A stretch of DNA of 60,854 nucleotides, the filler included. It is 6 parts of 6 records of this genome, joined end to end, with 100 filler letters (N's around TTAATTAATTAA, not from the genome) between each part and the next. Parts side by side here need not be neighbours in the genome. Positions count along the whole stretch, not along the records: positions 40,143 to 49,538 come from DRR378314_2539; positions 49,639 to 60,854 come from DRR378314_2547; 4 more parts are not named here. One strand, written 5' to 3'. Position 1 is the first letter of the stretch, and every line of letters starts with the position of its first letter. The notes beneath the pieces are model-generated. The model saw nothing but the letters and a program-made list of their open reading frames with translations, ran no database searches and was not told where the DNA came from. Below, piece after piece: positions 41,906 to 53,073 of this stretch. The translations under genes were made by a program, and so were the position numbers.

Positions 41906-44497
41906 ATGTCCGAAAACACCACCCAAGAGACCCGCGTTCCTTTCTTAAAGAGCCTCTTTTTCCAAAGTACATTTATCGTGACGCTTTGTGTGGCCTTGGT
42001 TGTGTCGGTCATCGAATACAAGAACCACACGGTGATGCTGGAAAAGACAGAAACGACCACAACCGTGCGCGCGCAGGAGGTGACGGAACTTTTGGCGATG
42101 CAAATGGGCGGGTCCATCAAGTTTACCAACATTGATGCCCTGTCTGAAATTGTCAGTGGCGTTCTTGAGAATTCGGGAGAGGCGGCCCTTGGTGGTGTGG
42201 TGCTTGATGCGGGCGGAAAGGTGGTGTTCCAGACCGGCGAAGGCGTGCCAGAGACGGTGGCGGCGCAAATGACCGGCCTTGGCCAGGAGGCATTACAGAC
42301 GGGTGCCGCCGTATTGTCGGCCGATGGGATGATTGCGGCCATCCCCAGCCGCTTTGGCGGGCAGGATGAAATTGTCGGCGTGGTGGTGACGGCCTGGACG
42401 ATGGCACCTGCATTGGTAGTTCTTGCGCAGGATGAATTGACCATTCTGGCGTTCGGCTTTGTGGTTTTTCTGATCTCTCTGACGTTTGCGACCATATTCC
42501 TGCGCCTGCGCATGTCGCAGCCATTGGCAAAGCTGGGTCATGCGATGGGATCTGTTGCTCAAGGGCAATATGATACCGTGATCCCCTATGCGACCCGACG
42601 TGACGAAATTGGTGTCATGGCAGAGCGGCTGGATCAGTTTCGCGCCAAATTGGCTGAGGCGCGGGAGCAGGAGTTCGAGAACCTGTTTAAAAGCGCGGCA
42701 TTAGAAGGCTCTGCCGCAGCGATGATGATTGTGGACATGTCGTTCAAGATTACCTTTGTAAATCCGGCCTGTGTTGATCTGATGGAAAACCTGTTGCCGG
42801 ACATCAGGGAAGCCTGGCCGGATATAAAACCGGACAGCCTAGTGGATGAGGATCTGGGCAAGCTTGCACAGTTGAAAACCATGCTGGTCAAGGTCACCGA
42901 TCCGACCATCAAACTGTCCAAGGAAGAACGTAGCGTGAATATGCGCTCGGGCGGGCGAATCCTGCGTTTGAACATCAACCCGGTGCATAATGCGGAGGGG
43001 CAATTGTTTGGCTGTGTGGTCGAATGGGATGACCGTACAAATACCGCACAGGATGCCGCATTGGTTCAGGCGATAAACGCCGCACAGGCCAGGATCGTCT
43101 TTAACAGGGCTGGCAAGGTCATTGATGCCAATGATATTTTCCTGTCGATGATCAACGGCACCTTTGCGGATACGGATGTCTGCAGCCTGGACAGCATTTT
43201 CAAAGGGAATTTGCCGGGGGATGCAAATGGTGACGAATTTGCACGGCAGGTTCTGAGCGAGGATATTCAGCAAGGCCGGTTCAGCGCCTACAGCAAGTTT
43301 GCGGATAAGACCTATACGGTTGACGGAAGTTTTGCCGTGACCAAAAACGAAGAGGGCGCGCCGGATCGCGTGACCTTTATCGGCACTGATGTCACGGATC
43401 AGGACAAAGCGATCAAGGCGGCAGAGGCCGAGCGGCTGCGTGCGACAGAGGAACAGACCAAAGTTGTGCAGATACTCGGCATCGGTCTCAACAAACTGTC
43501 GGACGGCAACCTTGAATGTGACATTACGGAAGATGTGCCCGATGTTTACCTGCAATTGCGCAATGACTTTAACGCCACGGTCAAATCCCTTCGCGATGCG
43601 ATTTCGGCAGTAATCCACAACTCCGATTCCATTCGCAATGAAACGGGGGAAATCACATCTGCTGCGGATGATCTGTCACGCCGGACGGAGAAACAGGCGG
43701 CGACCCTTGAAGAGACTGCCGCCGCGCTGGACGAATTGACGGTTTCTGTCCGCTCTGCCGCTGAAAGCGCTGATCACGCCAGCAAGATGTCTGCGGATGC
43801 ACAACGCAATGCCGATCAGGGCGGGGAGGTTGCCCGCAAGGCGGTGACCGCCATGGACGAGATCAAGAATTCCTCGCAGGAGATTTCCAAGATCACCAGC
43901 GTGATCGACGATATTGCCTTTCAGACCAACCTCTTGGCGCTGAATGCCGGGGTTGAGGCCGCCCGTGCAGGCGAGGCGGGGCGTGGGTTTGCGGTTGTCG
44001 CAACCGAAGTGCGCGCCCTTGCTCAACGTTCCTCTGACGCGGCGCGAGAAATCAACGAGCTGATCAATTCAAGTGGCGAACAGGTGCAGCAGGGCGTTGA
44101 TCTGGTTGATCGCACCGGCAAGGCGTTGGCGTCAATCGTGACATCCGTCGCCGAGATTTCCAGCCGGGTATCCAATATTGCAACCTCTGCGCGTGAGCAG
44201 TCCAGCGGGCTGGCTGAAATCAACACCGCGGTGAATGAGCTGGATCATGTCACCCAACAGAATGCCGCAATGTTTGAAGAGACCACCGCCGCCAGCCACG
44301 CCTTGACGTCAGAAGCCGATGCTTTGGTTCAGGCCGTGTCGCGTTTCAAACTGGATATGCACCGCGAAGGTCCCCGGAAAACGCCAGCGGCAAAACCTGC
44401 CCCGCCAATGGCGGCCCCCCCGCGCGCAGGTTCGCACGGCAATGCAGCGCTGGCGGCAAGCCCCGACCTTGCCGCAGAGGGATGGGAGGAATTCTAG
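41906..44497 (+). CDS. Methyl-accepting chemotaxis protein (2 TM, HAMP, PAS-like domains)
   Basis: RRDEIG HAMP motif, [30 protein letters not shown] signalling tip and C-terminal pentapeptide GWEEF. Confidence 0.95.
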   Translation: MSENTTQETRVPFLKSLFFQSTFIVTLCVALVVSVIEYKNHTVMLEKTETTTTVRAQEVTELLAMQMGGSIKFTNIDALSEIVSGVLENSGEAALGGVVLDAGGKVVFQTGEGVPETVAAQMTGLGQEALQTGAAVLSADGMIAAIPSRFGGQDEIVGVVVTAWTMAPALVVLAQDELTILAFGFVVFLISLTFATIFLRLRMSQPLAKLGHAMGSVAQGQYDTVIPYATRRDEIGVMAERLDQFRAKLAEAREQEFENLFKSAALEGSAAAMMIVDMSFKITFVNPACVDLMENLLPDIREAWPDIKPDSLVDEDLGKLAQLKTMLVKVTDPTIKLSKEERSVNMRSGGRILRLNINPVHNAEGQLFGCVVEWDDRTNTAQDAALVQAINAAQARIVFNRAGKVIDANDIFLSMINGTFADTDVCSLDSIFKGNLPGDANGDEFARQVLSEDIQQGRFSAYSKFADKTYTVDGSFAVTKNEEGAPDRVTFIGTDVTDQDKAIKAAEAERLRATEEQTKVVQILGIGLNKLSDGNLECDITEDVPDVYLQLRNDFNATVKSLRDAISAVIHNSDSIRNETGEITSAADDLSRRTEKQAATLEETAAALDELTVSVRSAAESADHASKMSADAQRNADQGGEVARKAVTAMDEIKNSSQEISKITSVIDDIAFQTNLLALNAGVEAARAGEAGRGFAVVATEVRALAQRSSDAAREINELINSSGEQVQQGVDLVDRTGKALASIVTSVAEISSRVSNIATSAREQSSGLAEINTAVNELDHVTQQNAAMFEETTAASHALTSEADALVQAVSRFKLDMHREGPRKTPAAKPAPPMAAPPRAGSHGNAALAASPDLAAEGWEEF

Positions 44498-44539
44498 CCG
44501 CCTGATTATGGCAACTAAATCATCGCATCCCGTGCCGGG

Positions 44540-46252
44540 CTACGCCCTTGTGCCAGCGAAACGTTCGGCCCAATCGGTGACATTGTCATCAGTGATTTTG
44601 GCAAACAGCACCTCGGGTACCTCAAAGGCGTGACCGGGGGCAAGACGGGCCAGCGCCGCGGGCACATCATCGGGCCAACCCGCGTCTTCGACTTTCATCG
44701 CTGCAAGCATTGAGGCCGCAGCGGTTGGGATAAAGGGGGCGGACAGGCTGGCATAAAGCGGTATAAGGTTCAGGGCCAGACGCACCTGCGCGGCAGCCTT
44801 GTCAGGATCGGTCTTGAAGGTGGTCCAGGGTGCCTCTGCCTGCAGGTATTCGTTGCCCGCAGCCCAGATCGCCCGCAGCTCCTGTGCAGATTTGCGCACT
44901 TCAATCGCATCCATATGAGCCTGATAGCGCGCCACACGGGCGGTGATATCCGCAATCAACGCTTCTTCGGGCGCACCGTAACTGCCTGCCTCTGGTACAG
45001 CCTCGCCGAATTTGGAACGGCAGAACTTGGTAATGCGGCTGATGAAATTGCCCAGAACATCCGCCAGATCCTTGTTCACAGAGGACTGGAAGTTCTCCCA
45101 AGTGAATTCCGCATCCGAAGTTTCCGGTGCGTGGCTCAGCAACCACCAGCGCCAGTAATCTGCCGGCAGGATTTCCAGTGCCTGATCCATAAACACACCC
45201 CGCCCGCGCGAGGTGGAGAACTGCCCGCCATCATAGGTCAGGTAGTTGAAAGATTTGATATAATCGACCAGCTTCCAAGGCTCGCCGGAGCCCATGATGG
45301 TGGCTGGAAAGCTCAGCGTATGGAAGGGCACATTGTCCTTGCCCATGAACTGTGTATAGCGCACGTCATCGGCACCTTTGTCGGTGCGCCACCAGCGCTC
45401 CCAATCAGTGCCTTTGCCGGCCTCGACCCATTCCGCACCACAGGCGATATATTCAATCGGCGCGTCGAACCAGACATAGAACACCTTGCCTTCCATGCCC
45501 GGCCAGTCCGCATCCCCGCGTTTCACCGGCACGCCCCAGTTGAGGTCACGGGTGATGCCACGGTCGCGCAGCCCGTCGCCGTCATGCAGCCATTTCTTGG
45601 CAATTGAGGTGGTCAGCACGGGCCAGTCGGTCTTGCCGTCAATCCATGTATCCAGTTGGTCCTTCATCTGGCTTTGACGCAGGAACAGGTGTTTGGTGTC
45701 GCGCATTTCCAGATCGGTGGAGCCGGAAATGGTGCTGCGCGGGTTGATCAGATCAACCGGGTCCAACTGTTTGGTGCAATTGTCACATTGATCGCCACGG
45801 GCAGAGTCAAAGCCGCAGTTGGGGCAGGTGCCCTCGATATAGCGATCCGGCAGGAAGCGTTCATCCGCATTGGAATAGACCTGTTTCTCTGTCACTTCCT
45901 CGATCATGCCCTGATCCGCCAGCACCCCGGCAAAATGCTGGGTCAGCGCATGGTTTTGCGGCGAAGAAGAGCGCCCGAAATGATCAAAGGACAGGCCGAA
46001 ATCCCCGGCGATACGTTCCTGAACCGCGTGCATTTCCTTGCAATATTCAGCTACCGGTTTGCCCGCCTTGGTCGCGGCCAGTTCAGCCGGCGTGCCGTGC
46101 TCATCAGTGGCGCAGAGGAACAGAACCTCGTTGCCGCGCGTGCGCAGATACCGTGCATAAAGGTCAGCGGGCAGCTGACTTCCCACGAGGTTACCAAGGT
46201 GTTTGATGCCATTGATATAGGGAATGGCAGAAGTGATGAGGTGGCGGGCCAT
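44540..46252 (-). CDS. metG: Methionine--tRNA ligase (no C-terminal tRNA-binding domain)
   Basis: [25 protein letters not shown]...CDNC zinc knuckle, YVWFDA and MGKDNVPFH. Confidence 0.97.
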   Translation of the reverse strand: MARHLITSAIPYINGIKHLGNLVGSQLPADLYARYLRTRGNEVLFLCATDEHGTPAELAATKAGKPVAEYCKEMHAVQERIAGDFGLSFDHFGRSSSPQNHALTQHFAGVLADQGMIEEVTEKQVYSNADERFLPDRYIEGTCPNCGFDSARGDQCDNCTKQLDPVDLINPRSTISGSTDLEMRDTKHLFLRQSQMKDQLDTWIDGKTDWPVLTTSIAKKWLHDGDGLRDRGITRDLNWGVPVKRGDADWPGMEGKVFYVWFDAPIEYIACGAEWVEAGKGTDWERWWRTDKGADDVRYTQFMGKDNVPFHTLSFPATIMGSGEPWKLVDYIKSFNYLTYDGGQFSTSRGRGVFMDQALEILPADYWRWWLLSHAPETSDAEFTWENFQSSVNKDLADVLGNFISRITKFCRSKFGEAVPEAGSYGAPEEALIADITARVARYQAHMDAIEVRKSAQELRAIWAAGNEYLQAEAPWTTFKTDPDKAAAQVRLALNLIPLYASLSAPFIPTAAASMLAAMKVEDAGWPDDVPAALARLAPGHAFEVPEVLFAKITDDNVTDWAERFAGTRA

Positions 46253-46307
46253 GTCTTTTCCTTTACGCGGGTCTGCCTGACATAGACTGCAAGTGATGCG
46301 GGATCAA

Positions 46308-47417
46308 TCAGGGCATTTGGGGGATAATGGCCGCGCGTAGGTCGCGATATGCGGTGTTGGGCAATTGACCTTGCCAGTTTACGACAAATGTGGTCCCCGT
46401 TTCGGTCATGACAAACAATGCGCCATGCTGGCGGGCTGGTTTTTTGCTGCGCCACATCCCATTGTGCTGGATCGCTTTTCCCGTGGGTGTTTTTCTGTGA
46501 AAAACACCCAGCCCTGCACCACTTTTGCTGTCATAGCCAAAATTCTCAGGTGCCAGCATCCAAGCTTGCTCGGGGGCAAACCAATGCATCAAGAAACGAG
46601 CATAGTCTTCGGTTGATGCGGACCAACCGCCAAAACCGCCAGTGGCCCACATACGTCCTGCCACGGCGGCTTGCGATGCGCCCGCAGGCCCCATAATCCG
46701 TGCCTTGCAGATTTCACCGTATGGCCTGCCGGAAAGAACTGAAATGATCTGTCCAAGCACGGCGAAGTTGGTGTTCGAGTAGGTAAAGCTGTGGTCCGCG
46801 GATTGATGTGCCGGGTTGGTCAGGGCTTCACGGGCAAAGTGCTGTTGGGTGTAGAGGTTGCGCCCTTCGCCAGCGGTTTCAGTTGCGGCGATGTTCTTGG
46901 GCCAACCGGTGGTATGTGTAACCAGATCGCCAAGCGAAAGCGCAGTTGCACCGGGGTGTGGGGGCATGTGGTGCTTGGTCAGGGCTGGGGCCAGATCACC
47001 AAGTGTGCTTGACCAACTCAGGTCAAAGGCATCCATGATGTCATTTAGGCACATGGCGGTGATGGCCTTGGACAGGCTGGCGATGGGATAGGTGGTATCG
47101 GCGCGTCTGCCTTCGCCCATGCTGTGAAGAATCTGACCACCGCGGCCCAGTGTCATCGCGCTGGCCCTGATATTGTATCGGGACATCCAATCACGCCATG
47201 CGTCTTCAATGCCGGAAACATCAATAGTCGCCTTTTCAGCGTCAATGGCCGCCTTTTCAGATGGGGTTCGTGAAGCGGGTTTTTCCTCTACCGCGGGGGC
47301 TGTTAAGGCGATCGGGGCCGCATCAGGTGGCAATTGTGAAGACGTACCGTCAGGGGCCAGCAATATGGTCAACGCAAAAGCGAACAGAATGGCTACAGCA
47401 GCGGTAAGAAATTTCAT
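46308..47417 (-). CDS. Serine hydrolase, beta-lactamase/AmpC-like family
   Basis: N-terminal hydrophobic signal, SxxK (ASLSK), LVTHTTG, YSN and HNG motifs. Confidence 0.8.
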   Translation of the reverse strand: MKFLTAAVAILFAFALTILLAPDGTSSQLPPDAAPIALTAPAVEEKPASRTPSEKAAIDAEKATIDVSGIEDAWRDWMSRYNIRASAMTLGRGGQILHSMGEGRRADTTYPIASLSKAITAMCLNDIMDAFDLSWSSTLGDLAPALTKHHMPPHPGATALSLGDLVTHTTGWPKNIAATETAGEGRNLYTQQHFAREALTNPAHQSADHSFTYSNTNFAVLGQIISVLSGRPYGEICKARIMGPAGASQAAVAGRMWATGGFGGWSASTEDYARFLMHWFAPEQAWMLAPENFGYDSKSGAGLGVFHRKTPTGKAIQHNGMWRSKKPARQHGALFVMTETGTTFVVNWQGQLPNTAYRDLRAAIIPQMP

Positions 47418-47477
47418 ATATCCGATCCTTTTCGTGAGGAGCGGATAGCGGTTCAGGAAGGTAGCGCTGTGGTGAAA

Positions 47478-48725
47478 CTATGGCGTTTTAGTGGGTGGTT
47501 TTCGAGGTTTATCACGATCCTTGCCCAACAACCGCCCGATGACAAAGGAGGTGCGCGGCGCGTAGACATAGCGGGTGCGATCGGTCTGTGCTGGGCGTGC
47601 GCGCATCCGCACCAGCCCGAAGATCACCAGCAGGGCGTGGCCAATCGAAATCATGATGAAAAGGGCGGCGGGTCCATAGCTTTCGATCAGCACAGAGGCA
47701 GCATAGGGCGCGAAAATCGCCCCTGACGCAAACCAGAACATCAGCGCGGCAGAAAGTTCGACACGTTCGTCATCGCTGGCGAAATCATGAGCATGGGCGG
47801 CAGCAACCGAATAGATCGGGAATGTCGTCAGACCAAACAGCCCCGCCGACAGCATGATGCCCGTGGTGCCAAGCCCGCTGGACATCATGGTCACGCCGCA
47901 GCTGAGGATCGCCGCCGCGGACAGCCAGATCAGCACCCAGCGGCGGTCGTATTTATCTGCCAGCCAGCCAACCGGGAATTGCGCCAAAGCGCCGCCCAGC
48001 ACAAAGGCCGACAGGAACCATGCGATCTGGCCCGCACTCAGCCCGACTTCCTGACCATAGATTGGCCCAACCATACGAAACGACGCGCTGGACAGGGCCG
48101 CGACCACCACCCCCGCCGCGGCCAGCGGAGAACGGTCAAAGGCAAGGCGCGGACGCAACCGGGGCGAGTCCGGTGTTTTGGGCTGTTTGATAGTGGTCAG
48201 GGTCAGCGGCAGCAGTGCCGCACAACACCCGATGGCCAGCAGATTGTAGGACACATAGGATGCAGGGGCGAGGATCCCGACAATCATCTGCGCGCCCAGA
48301 CTGCCGGTCATGTCAACAACGCGGTAGATCCCCATGGTACGCCCACGTGTCTCATTGGTGACTTTGGCCTGCAACCAGGCCTCGATCACCGTATAACACC
48401 CCGCCACACACAGCCCTGATGCCACGCGCATCAACGCCCATGCATAGGCGTCAACCACCAGCATATGCGCCATCAGCCCGATGGCCCCCATGGCGGTGAA
48501 AGCGGCAAAAGCACGGCTGTGGCCAACCGAGCCCATCAGCCGCGGTGACCACCAGCAGCCAATGAAAAAGCCCAGAAAATGAGCCGAGCCCAAGAGGCCG
48601 ATTTCCTGCCGGGAAAAGCCCAATACAGTGCCGGAAAGCACATCAATGGGACCAACACCGCCAGAGGAAAGTTGCAGCAGGATGACGGAGAGGAAGAGGG
48701 CGGCAAAGGAAATAAGCAAACGCAT
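47478..48725 (-). CDS. MFS transporter (YcaD-like)
   Basis: About 12 TM segments; VGHSRAFA, VIEAWL, RGRTMGIY and GWLADKYDRR motifs. Confidence 0.9.
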   Translation of the reverse strand: MRLLISFAALFLSVILLQLSSGGVGPIDVLSGTVLGFSRQEIGLLGSAHFLGFFIGCWWSPRLMGSVGHSRAFAAFTAMGAIGLMAHMLVVDAYAWALMRVASGLCVAGCYTVIEAWLQAKVTNETRGRTMGIYRVVDMTGSLGAQMIVGILAPASYVSYNLLAIGCCAALLPLTLTTIKQPKTPDSPRLRPRLAFDRSPLAAAGVVVAALSSASFRMVGPIYGQEVGLSAGQIAWFLSAFVLGGALAQFPVGWLADKYDRRWVLIWLSAAAILSCGVTMMSSGLGTTGIMLSAGLFGLTTFPIYSVAAAHAHDFASDDERVELSAALMFWFASGAIFAPYAASVLIESYGPAALFIMISIGHALLVIFGLVRMRARPAQTDRTRYVYAPRTSFVIGRLLGKDRDKPRKPPTKTP

Positions 48726-48890
48726 AGGTGCTTTAACGCATTTTTGATCCAGCTGCCCAAGTCGAAACTCGACAATTGACGTCGTTTCCTGCGCGTCTTG
48801 GGATTTGTTTAGAAAATTGTGGCAAAGGGCGGGTGGGTTTTGGTCTTGAAGGCACGTTTCAGTGGCTTAGGGTGGCGGAAAATATGAGGG

Positions 48891-49538
48891 ATGGTGATGA
48901 AGAAGAATGATCTTGGCGGCAGTGGCCTGATGGTTTCCGAGCTGTGTTTGGGCTCGATGACATGGGGCACGCAGAACACGGTGGACGAGGCCCATGCGCA
49001 GATTGACCGCGCGCTGGAGGCCGGTATCAATTTTATCGACACCGCCGAGATGTATCCGGTCAACCCGATCAGCGCGGAAACTACCGGCCGGACCGAGCGG
49101 ATCATCGGTCTGTGGAACGAACGCGACGGGCGGCGCGATGACGTCGTGTTGGCGACCAAACACTCAGGCGCAGGTGTCGCACATATCCGCGATGGTGCGC
49201 CGATTTCATCCCAAACAATTGCCCAAACGATTGAGGGGTCGCTGCGCCGTCTCAAGACGGATTGGATTGATCTCTATCAGTTTCACTGGCCCAACCGGGG
49301 CAGCTATATGTTTCGCAAGAACTGGACATACGACCCTTCCGATCAGAACCGCGCAGAGACCATGGCGCATATGGAAGACACGCTGGGCGCGTTGCAGGCA
49401 GAGGTAAAACGCGGCACGATCCGCCACTTCGGTCTGAGCAATGAAAGCGCCTGGGGCATGGCGCAATGGGCCGAGGCCGCCAAGCGCACAGGCGGGCCGC
49501 GTCCGATATCCGTGCAGAACGAATATTCGCTGATGTGC
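48891..49538 (+). CDS. Aldo/keto reductase (Tas-like), 3' truncated
   Basis: LCLGSMTWG, GINFIDTAEMYP, DLYQFHWP, GLSNE and SVQNEYSL motifs. Confidence 0.93.
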
Positions 49539-49638
49539 NNNNNNNNNNNNNNNNNNNNNNNNNNNNNNNNNNNNNNNNNNNNTTAATTAATTAANNNNNN
49601 NNNNNNNNNNNNNNNNNNNNNNNNNNNNNNNNNNNNNN
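49539..49638. other. Artificial contig spacer
   Basis: N44-TTAATTAATTAA-N44. Confidence 0.99.
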
Positions 49639-49667
49639 AGCGCCTTCGGCCACTCGGCCACCTCTCC
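49639..49667 (-). tRNA. 5' fragment of a tRNA, probably tRNA-Ser (anticodon not in the window)
   Basis: The minus strand reads GGAGAGGTGGCCGAGTGGCCGAAGGCGCT (acceptor stem + D arm, resembling bacterial tRNA-Ser GCU). A stable-RNA-type promoter lies just upstream. Confidence 0.78.
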
Positions 49668-49675
49668 GTCTTGTG

Positions 49676-49709
49676 GGGCGTATAATAAAGATTTCAGAAA
49701 ATATGTCAA
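49676..49709 (-). promoter_or_regulatory. Sigma70 stable-RNA promoter for the tRNA
   Basis: TTGACA (49709-49704), 16-nt spacer, TATTAT (49687-49682), then a GC-rich discriminator CGCCCC. Confidence 0.8.
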
Positions 49710-49796
49710 ACACTTTTCTTGTTAAAAGTGGCTGTTCGGTCAGAGAACACTCATTAGTATAAAAAAAGAACGCTTTAAGCTTGATGATTAAGCTGT

Positions 49797-49985
49797 TTAG
49801 GATTTTTTTATACTAGTATCAACACCCATCAAAGGAATAAGCTCATCACCTAGCTGCTCTAAGTATTGATCTTGATAACCTAATTGCTGGAACTCGGCGA
49901 TACACGCACGATAATAATTTTGTCTTTGCTGCTCATTTGTGAAGCTATCCAAAGAGTTTAACTTTGGCTGTTTTTTATCATCCAT
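49797..49985 (-). CDS. Small hypothetical protein (~62 aa)
   Basis: The only ORF between lysS and the tRNA promoter; protein-like composition, no recognised motif. Confidence 0.45.
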   Translation of the reverse strand: MDDKKQPKLNSLDSFTNEQQRQNYYRACIAEFQQLGYQDQYLEQLGDELIPLMGVDTSIKKS

Positions 49986-50231
49986 ATCTAAATCCATTTA
50001 TATAAGAACACTTTAGGGTTAACTTTTAAATCAAAGTACATACTTTACGCTGTATTTACACTGAACAGTTTAGTCTAAAATTATTACTTTGCATTTTTTT
50101 ATTAAATTATATCTAACTAATTCTCTAACTTAATAAAAATCAGTTAATTACAGTAATGAATAGGTAATTTTCGACTTCCCTCAGCTTAACATCCCGAAAT
50201 AGCGCACCTGCCTTACAGATATATCGCACAC

Positions 50232-50259
50232 AAAAACGCCGCATTTAAGCGGCGCTTTT
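50232..50259 (-). terminator. Intrinsic terminator after lysS
   Basis: CGCCGC-atttaa-GCGGCG hairpin flanked by A/T runs. Confidence 0.75.
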
Positions 50260-50281
50260 CTACTATTTAATAAAAGTAGTA

Positions 50282-51817
50282 TTAGTCAGCTTGCGGGCGC
50301 ATGTGCGGGAACAAGATAACATCTTTGATTGTTGATGAATCGGTAAACAGCATAACTAAACGGTCAATACCAATCCCCTCACCTGCCGTTGGCGGTAAGC
50401 CATACTCAAGTGCGCGAATGTAATCTTCGTCGTAATGCATTGCTTCATCATCACCGGCGTCTTTCTCTTCAACTTGACGCGTGAAACGCTCTGCTTGGTC
50501 TTGCGCATCGTTAAGCTCTGAGAAACCATTTGCAAGCTCACGGCCGCCAACAAAGAACTCAAAACGGTCAGTAACAAACGGGTTTTCATCGTTACGACGT
50601 GCAAGAGGAGATACTTCCCACGGGTAACCTGTGATAAATGTAGGTTGGATAAGCATGTGCTCAGCCGTTTCTTCAAATATCTCACACAGGAATTTACCAG
50701 GGCCCCAAACGCAGTTTTCAGGAATTTTAACGTGTACTTGTTTAGCGTACGCTTTTAATTCTTCAAAGTGGTTTTCTGGGTCGTTAAATACCGCTGCATC
50801 AAACTCAGGGTTATACTTTAAGATAGCATCTGCCATGCTTAAACGAGTAAACGGTTGACCAAAGTCGTACTCTACTGAGTCAATCACTTCACCGTTTTCA
50901 TCTTTCGTTGTATTAACAACAATTGGGCTGCCAAGTACGTTTGTTGCCACTGTACGAAGCATATCTTCGGTGATGTTCATTAAATCAATGTAATCAGCGT
51001 ACGCTTGATAGAACTCAATCATAGTGAATTCTGGGTTGTGACGTGTTGATAACCCTTCGTTACGGAAGTTACGGTTAATTTCAAATACGCGGTCAAAACC
51101 ACCTACTACCAAGCGCTTTAAGTAAAGCTCTGGTGCTATACGTAAATACATGTCGATATCAAGGGCGTTATGATGAGTCACGAATGGACGCGCCGTTGCG
51201 CCGCCAGGAATAACTTGTAACATCGGTGTTTCTACTTCCATGAAGTCACGGTCAGCTAAGAAACGACGAATGCCTTCAACCACTTGTGAACGAATACGGA
51301 ACGTTTCACGGGTTGCTTCGTTGGTGATCAAATCAACATAACGTTGGCGATACTTCGTTTCTTGATCCGATAAGCCATGGAATTTTTCAGGAAGTGGGCG
51401 TAATGACTTAGTAAGTAATTCATACTCTGTCATTTCTACGTATAAATCGCCTTTACCTGATTTATTAAGTGCACCTTTAACACCGATGATGTCACCGATA
51501 TCAAGTTGACCGTATTTTGCTTTTAAATCTTTTTGTACATCTTTAGATGCATACGCTTGTACACGGCCTTTCATATCTTGAATAGACATGAATGGACCAC
51601 GCTTGGCAAGGATACGTCCAGCAATTGACACTACATGCTGAAGCTCTATTAGCTCTTCTTTCGATTTATCACCAAACTCAGCCTGCAAATCTGCCGTGTA
51701 ATGCTCACGACGGAATTGGTTTGGATGACCGTTGGCTGGGCAATTTTCGCGAATAGCGTCTAACTTGCCACGACGCTCAGCGATTAACTTATTTTCGTCT
51801 TGGATTTGATCAGTCAT
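50282..51817 (-). CDS. lysS: Lysine--tRNA ligase (class II)
   Basis: [29 protein letters not shown]...HNPEF and GIGIDRL motifs. Confidence 0.98.
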   Translation of the reverse strand: MTDQIQDENKLIAERRGKLDAIRENCPANGHPNQFRREHYTADLQAEFGDKSKEELIELQHVVSIAGRILAKRGPFMSIQDMKGRVQAYASKDVQKDLKAKYGQLDIGDIIGVKGALNKSGKGDLYVEMTEYELLTKSLRPLPEKFHGLSDQETKYRQRYVDLITNEATRETFRIRSQVVEGIRRFLADRDFMEVETPMLQVIPGGATARPFVTHHNALDIDMYLRIAPELYLKRLVVGGFDRVFEINRNFRNEGLSTRHNPEFTMIEFYQAYADYIDLMNITEDMLRTVATNVLGSPIVVNTTKDENGEVIDSVEYDFGQPFTRLSMADAILKYNPEFDAAVFNDPENHFEELKAYAKQVHVKIPENCVWGPGKFLCEIFEETAEHMLIQPTFITGYPWEVSPLARRNDENPFVTDRFEFFVGGRELANGFSELNDAQDQAERFTRQVEEKDAGDDEAMHYDEDYIRALEYGLPPTAGEGIGIDRLVMLFTDSSTIKDVILFPHMRPQAD

Positions 51818-51843
51818 TTTTTAGCTCTTTTTTAGCTTGGTGG

Positions 51844-52942
51844 TTATAAACCAGATTTTAAGCTGGCTTCAATAAATTTGTCTAAGTTACCGTCAAGTAC
51901 CGATTGGGTATTACGGTTTTCAACACCGGTACGTAAATCTTTAATGCGGGCGTCATCAAGTACGTATGAACGAATTTGACTACCCCAACCGATATCAGAT
52001 TTGGCGTCTTCTTGGCTTTGTTTTTCAGCATTTTGTTGTTGCAGTTCAAGCTCAAATAATTTGGCCTTTAGCTGCTTCATCGCTTGCGCTTTATTTTTAT
52101 GCTGTGAGCGCTCGTTTTGACACTGTACAACCGTATTCGTTGGCACGTGGGTGATACGTACTGCAGATTCGGTGGTATTTACGTGCTGACCACCCGCGCC
52201 TGATGCACGGTATACGTCAATTCGTAAATCAGACGGGTTAATATCAATTTCGATATTATCGTCTATCTCTGGGTATACAAATGCTGAAGCAAAGGATGTG
52301 TGACGACGACCACTTGAATCAAAGGGGCTCTTACGTACTAGACGATGCACGCCAGTTTCTGTGCGCAACCAACCATAAGCGTATTCACCAACGAAGCGTA
52401 CAGTGGCGCCTTTAATACCAGCAACATCACCATCAGTGGCTTCAACTAGCTCAACTTTAAAGCCTTTCGCTTCGCCCCAGCGTAAATACATACGTAGTAG
52501 CATGTTACACCAGTCTTGTGCTTCGGTGCCGCCTGAGCCAGATTGTAAATCTAAGTAAGCATCGTTTGAATCGTGGGCGCCTGAGAACATACGACGGAAC
52601 TCTAAACCTTCGAGCTGCTCGTTTAAGTCATCTAGCTCGCTTTGCGCCTCGTTAAAAGTCTCTTCGTCTTCAGCTTCTATAGCAAGTTCAAGTAAACCTT
52701 CAACATCGTCAGCACCGGCAACAAGATTATCAATTGTTTCAACAACGGCCTCTAGTGCTGATTTTTCACGGCCAAGTGCTTGCGCACGTTCAGGCTCATT
52801 CCATACCGCTGAATCTTCAAGTTCGGCGTTAACTTCTTCTAGGCGCTCTTGTTTATGAGCGTAGTCAAAGGTACCCCCGAAGCAGCTCGGTACGTTCGCG
52901 AATTTCCTTGATTTGATTAATCACAGGATTCACTTCAAACAT
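51844..52942 (-). CDS. prfB: Peptide chain release factor 2 with programmed +1 frameshift; join(52942..52868, 52866..51844), 365 aa
   Basis: MFEVNPV...RGYL, then the CGGGGG-TAC-CTT-TGA-C slip site; SPF and GGQ motifs downstream. Confidence 0.98.
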
Positions 52943-53073
52943 CTACGTTACTCCAAAATGGCTGATTTACACGGCAATTTGCCCTATAAATTTCTTTAAA
53001 TAATAAAAACGCCCGATTTTAACAAAAAACCGCGCGTTTTATTAGTATTTTATACACCCTAGTGCGATATTTT

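Noticed and set aside
41824..42513. Long antisense ORFs (for example 41824-42513, 42839-43618, 44915-45607, 22694-23479)
   Set aside because: They are shadows of well-supported genes on the opposite strand in GC-rich DNA and carry no motifs.
46308..47417. Antibiotic-resistance beta-lactamase
   Set aside because: SxxK/YxN motifs are shared by many esterases and peptidases of this fold; nothing specifically supports resistance.
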